Positions 60,256-64,000 of a stretch of 64,000 nt of DNA are shown here, piece by piece. The position numbers were made by a program, and so were the translations under genes. Position 1 is the first letter of the stretch. Each line of letters begins with the position of its first letter. The notes under the pieces are model-generated. The model saw only the letters and a list, made by a program, of their open reading frames with translations, made no database searches and was not told the origin of the DNA. Source of the DNA: Schizochytrium sp. TIO01 (Eukaryota > Protista > Bigyra: Labyrinthulomycetes); the NCBI GenBank assembly GCA_004764695.1, contig SMSO01000014.1, positions 7,182,029-7,246,028 of the forward strand, in the 5' to 3' direction.

Positions 60256-63200
60256 AAAGGAAGATACCCAATATGGTGAAGTTGACCTTACCCCAAGTCT
60301 ACTGGAATGTCAGGTATCCCAAGATATCTGTTACGACAATATGTGGAGCAGCGATTGTGATGAAGGTGTGTAGTAGAAAGGAATTCATGCTGCTTTGAAC
60401 AATTGAAACATGAAGATACTCATGAGGCTAGAACCTTTGCGATCTAAAGTAGAAGCGTTAGTATCGAAATGGCCTCTCAGATTTGTTGGCCGCACTATGC
60501 CCAATGGTTACTGTGTATTGTATAATTGGATGCGACGCTTTATGCAGCGCCACATTGTCAATATACTCTTCGATAATAACGATACTTTTAAAAAGAATTT
60601 ATTTGAATAAATAAATAAAGACAAACTAAATAAATATTAATAGTTTATATTAAATTAAAAAACTTATTTGAATAAATGTCTTTGTTTTAATTTTTATGAA
60701 TTTCTATTATTATTTAAAGTGCTTTCCAACACTAATCATTCTATTAATAGCAAAATGAATTGGTGAAGCATATCAGGATGCCGTATCCCATCGAGAGTAT
60801 TCATTGCAACACGTTTCAACGTCAAAGACATATCTTCTCCTGCAATGTATTCTTCAAGGTACCTCTCGGCATGAAGACACCGTATTCGCGTGGATTGCTT
60901 GTTCTCATCCTACGGTCATTAACTACACGATCAACAATTACATCACAAATTGTACACAAGGTGTTACTAATGCATAATGAATGCTTCGTTTAGTTTATTT
61001 TGAGCATAGCAATACGTTATGTACAATAACAAAAACGTCCACTAGCGTTTGATCGATTATATTATTGTTTTGCTTCAAGCTTGAAAAGTAAATGAACATT
61101 CAGATAGTCTAGATTTATTGCTGGAATTAAATGAAGCACCGTCCCTCAGTGGTCCTTTTATATGATTCTTGAAAGAGCAAGATAATGTGCATTCGCTTTT
61201 CGTGAAAGACTGAAATATATTCGCAAACGTTCGCATTCACTGTGTGAGATCTTCCAGCCTCTGTAACTTCGTCCCACTTGCTATAATAATTTAACTCCTT
61301 ATAGATATGTAAAACATGTCTTTACCACTAAACCAATCTACAAGAGATGTTTTACTTTTCTCTATCAACAAGAGTACTGATAAGCATGGAATGGATCCAG
61401 TTTTAAAATTGTACAAGGTACGATCTGTCTTTGTAAAAACAAACAAAAACACCAAAAACTCATTGTTTAATATTAAATTAAACTTTTTAATTTGAAAAGT
61501 TAAATATTTTAAACCAAAAGTAAAAGTTTATTAAAACAGAACAATTTTGTTTTTATATTCTGTTCTAATACATTTTTGTTTTTAATCTTTAAAAGTTAAA
61601 AGGAGTAAAAGTATTTGCAAATTTTTAAATTGACAGAAATTATTGATGTAGCCTGAATGAGATCTTCGAGAGACTTAACGAGTCTTAACTAGTTTGCTGC
61701 TGCACAGAATAGAGCATCTTCAGATCAAGGGTTGCACAATAGTATAGGCGCCACTGCTTAGACAGGTGACAAGCCGACTTGCTGTTTAGAAGCTCAATCC
61801 AAATGAATCCTTAGTGTGTGAACTTTCCGAAACCAATGTTTTTAGCTCGTTAAGCATTTTCAAATTGGTCATAAAGCTGTCCAACGTTGTTTACTGCAGC
61901 ATGGATTTCTAGGAATCACGTTTGTCTTTAAACTTTCATGCTCAGAGCACTCTGCAGTATGGTGATGATGTAGATTTGTTCGACGGAAGGGCTCTGTCGA
62001 ACAAAGAAATTATCAAATTGTGCTTCCTTAGAGAGTGGACCTTTTGTATGACCTCATCTATCAAAAAACATTATTGGGGCCATTTCGCGAATGTTTTGAG
62101 CAGCCGCAACAAAGTCAAGCTTTCGTTTTGCTGAGTCTTGTTTAAAAAGTTTTAAAAAAGGTTGTTTTTGTTGGAGGCAAACTCAGGTTAAAATTCTCTC
62201 AAGTATTGTACGTTCGATGAAGGCAAGTGATACAAATTTCCATAAGACTCTGAATCAACAATCATGTATTATATACGAATGCTTTCCAGTGTAATAACTG
62301 AACTTAACAGCATGCCTGTATGCATTAGAATATTTATTAAAAACGATATCATGGAGCTTGGTGCAAACGACAGAACACCACAAAATATTTCTAAATAGAT
62401 TCACGGACGTTCGAAATACGATATGTTGCAGCTTTTTCGAAGCAAGTCCTTTGGGAACCGGAAATACTAGTCAAATGTGTGGTAAGTACGCTTCGTGCCT
62501 GCACATCAAATTACTTCGATAGCATCAACATAGAAAACCTGATTTGAAGGGAAAACAGTGCAATAAGGAATTGCACAAAGAATCACAAATTGAGAACTAC
62601 CACTTATCTTGTGACTAGTCCCTTTCATGGTTAAGAAAGGTCATTTGTTAATTTGGAGATGCCGCAAAGAGGAACTCATAATGGATTTCTTATTTCAAAA
62701 ACGCATTTCGTGAGAGCACCCCCTAAAATATAAAGAAACAGCTATCGAACGATTTGCAACTTAATCTTTGACAGTAATGTGCTTGGGAGAAAGCTCTGTG
62801 CAAAGGCCCAGTGAAGGAATCGCAGGCACTCATTCGTCACAATTGATATGCTTCAAAATACTTCAAAATTTGCAGTCATCGTACAGATTCGAAAGGAAAG
62901 AAGAAACTCTCTCTCCAGTTCAGTAGAAGATGCTGTGCGGTCAAAACATGCAATATCTTGCTTTGACGGTAGTGTAGGTAAAGTTGTTGCTGGGCAATCA
63001 TTGTTCTCAACAGTAGAATTGCAAGTTCTAATTTATACGCTAAGGTTCTGTTAGTCCTAGTTAGATAATTCTTCAAATAAAGTTCTAGATAGATTAAACT
63101 CTAGTCTGTATTTTCATTTCTATAATAAAGTGCGGGAAGATCAAAAGGAAAAGCATCAGAACTTGAATCAAATCATAGAGGACTGCTCTAGGCGCCCCGG

Positions 63201-64000
63201 CCGTGAGCAGGTAGAGCATAGTGGGTGGTTCGCTTGGCCTTAGCAAAGATGCTGGGTTGACTACCTGCGCTTGTAGGTTGCTTCCGGTTCCTTCTGCTTT
63301 GCCTCCAAACGAACGAAGCTGTGAGATGAGATCACATCAACCTTGGCTCTGCGAGACTTGGACGAGGCTCGAGCTCCTGCAAGCACCGCTGCTTTGGCAA
63401 GATGGGTCTCTGTCTCCGCCAGCGAGCACAGAGTTAAGTGAGAACCTTTGTTTCTCAATTATAGAAGGTGTTTTTTATGCCTCAGAAAGGTCTGTGAAAC
63501 AAGTGAGGTCTTGTTGGAGAATCAGCTGTCCACCTGAAAGGAGGTCTGCCACCAAGCCTAAACCATGGCCTCTGGAGAAAGAAATCAATGCTGGGTCATA
63601 AGCCTGGTCATTCTCACTATGCGGCTATTTTGCTCGTTGGTATGTTTTTGTAAAATTCGCCGCTGACTAGAGTAATGAACAATTATTCATAAACACGAGC
63701 GACTTCACGGGTCGCAAAAATATTCAAAGTGATCTGCACATTTTGGCCAGGACAATAGCATTGCGAGACTTTTTGAATAAAAGATTTTTTTAATATGGTT
63801 CCTCTACAGTGTAGAACCTTTTACGACATAAGCAATTACCGCGGTGACCATTGCAAATGTTAAAAGTGGCCATGAACTTCGCAGTGCATTTAATTGGTCC
63901 ACATGTAGATGCCATTTTCCCGTATTGTTGTTCGCACTGAGCTGTGCACGAAAAGCAGTCAACTGTACATTGGAATTATACTGTTGCAACAATAACAACG

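Overview
Eukaryotic nuclear DNA. The 18S sequence looks thraustochytrid, closest to Aurantiochytrium from recall (not searched). The window holds about two tandem copies of a ~31.6 kb composite rDNA unit: [5S] - gene A (minus strand) - [5S] - gene B (plus strand) - 18S/5.8S/28S - tRNA-Ser(GCT, intron), tRNA-His pseudogene, tRNA-Arg(ACG) - long spacer. The ~340-540 bp tandem repeats that look like non-coding spacer are intron/exon arrays. Each unit holds one phase-2/phase-2, GT-AG-bounded exon of 84 nt (one is 99 nt) encoding a 28-aa ribonuclease-inhibitor/NLRC-type leucine-rich repeat. I read 43 such exons (A1 19, A2 7, B1 8, B2 9) and all are open. The introns and the exon cores are homogenised, while the codons for the exposed beta-strand positions (xxLxLxxNx), which straddle each intron, are hypervariable. 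Gene A splices this LRR array to an acidic linker, a helical region, a non-RD Ser/Thr kinase and an RBR-like RING1/RING2 module. Gene B, head-to-head with A across a 5S gene, splices its array to a 105-aa tail. Inference: a paired, recombination-diversified intracellular LRR receptor system embedded in the rDNA repeat. Gene models were read by eye and have no transcript support.
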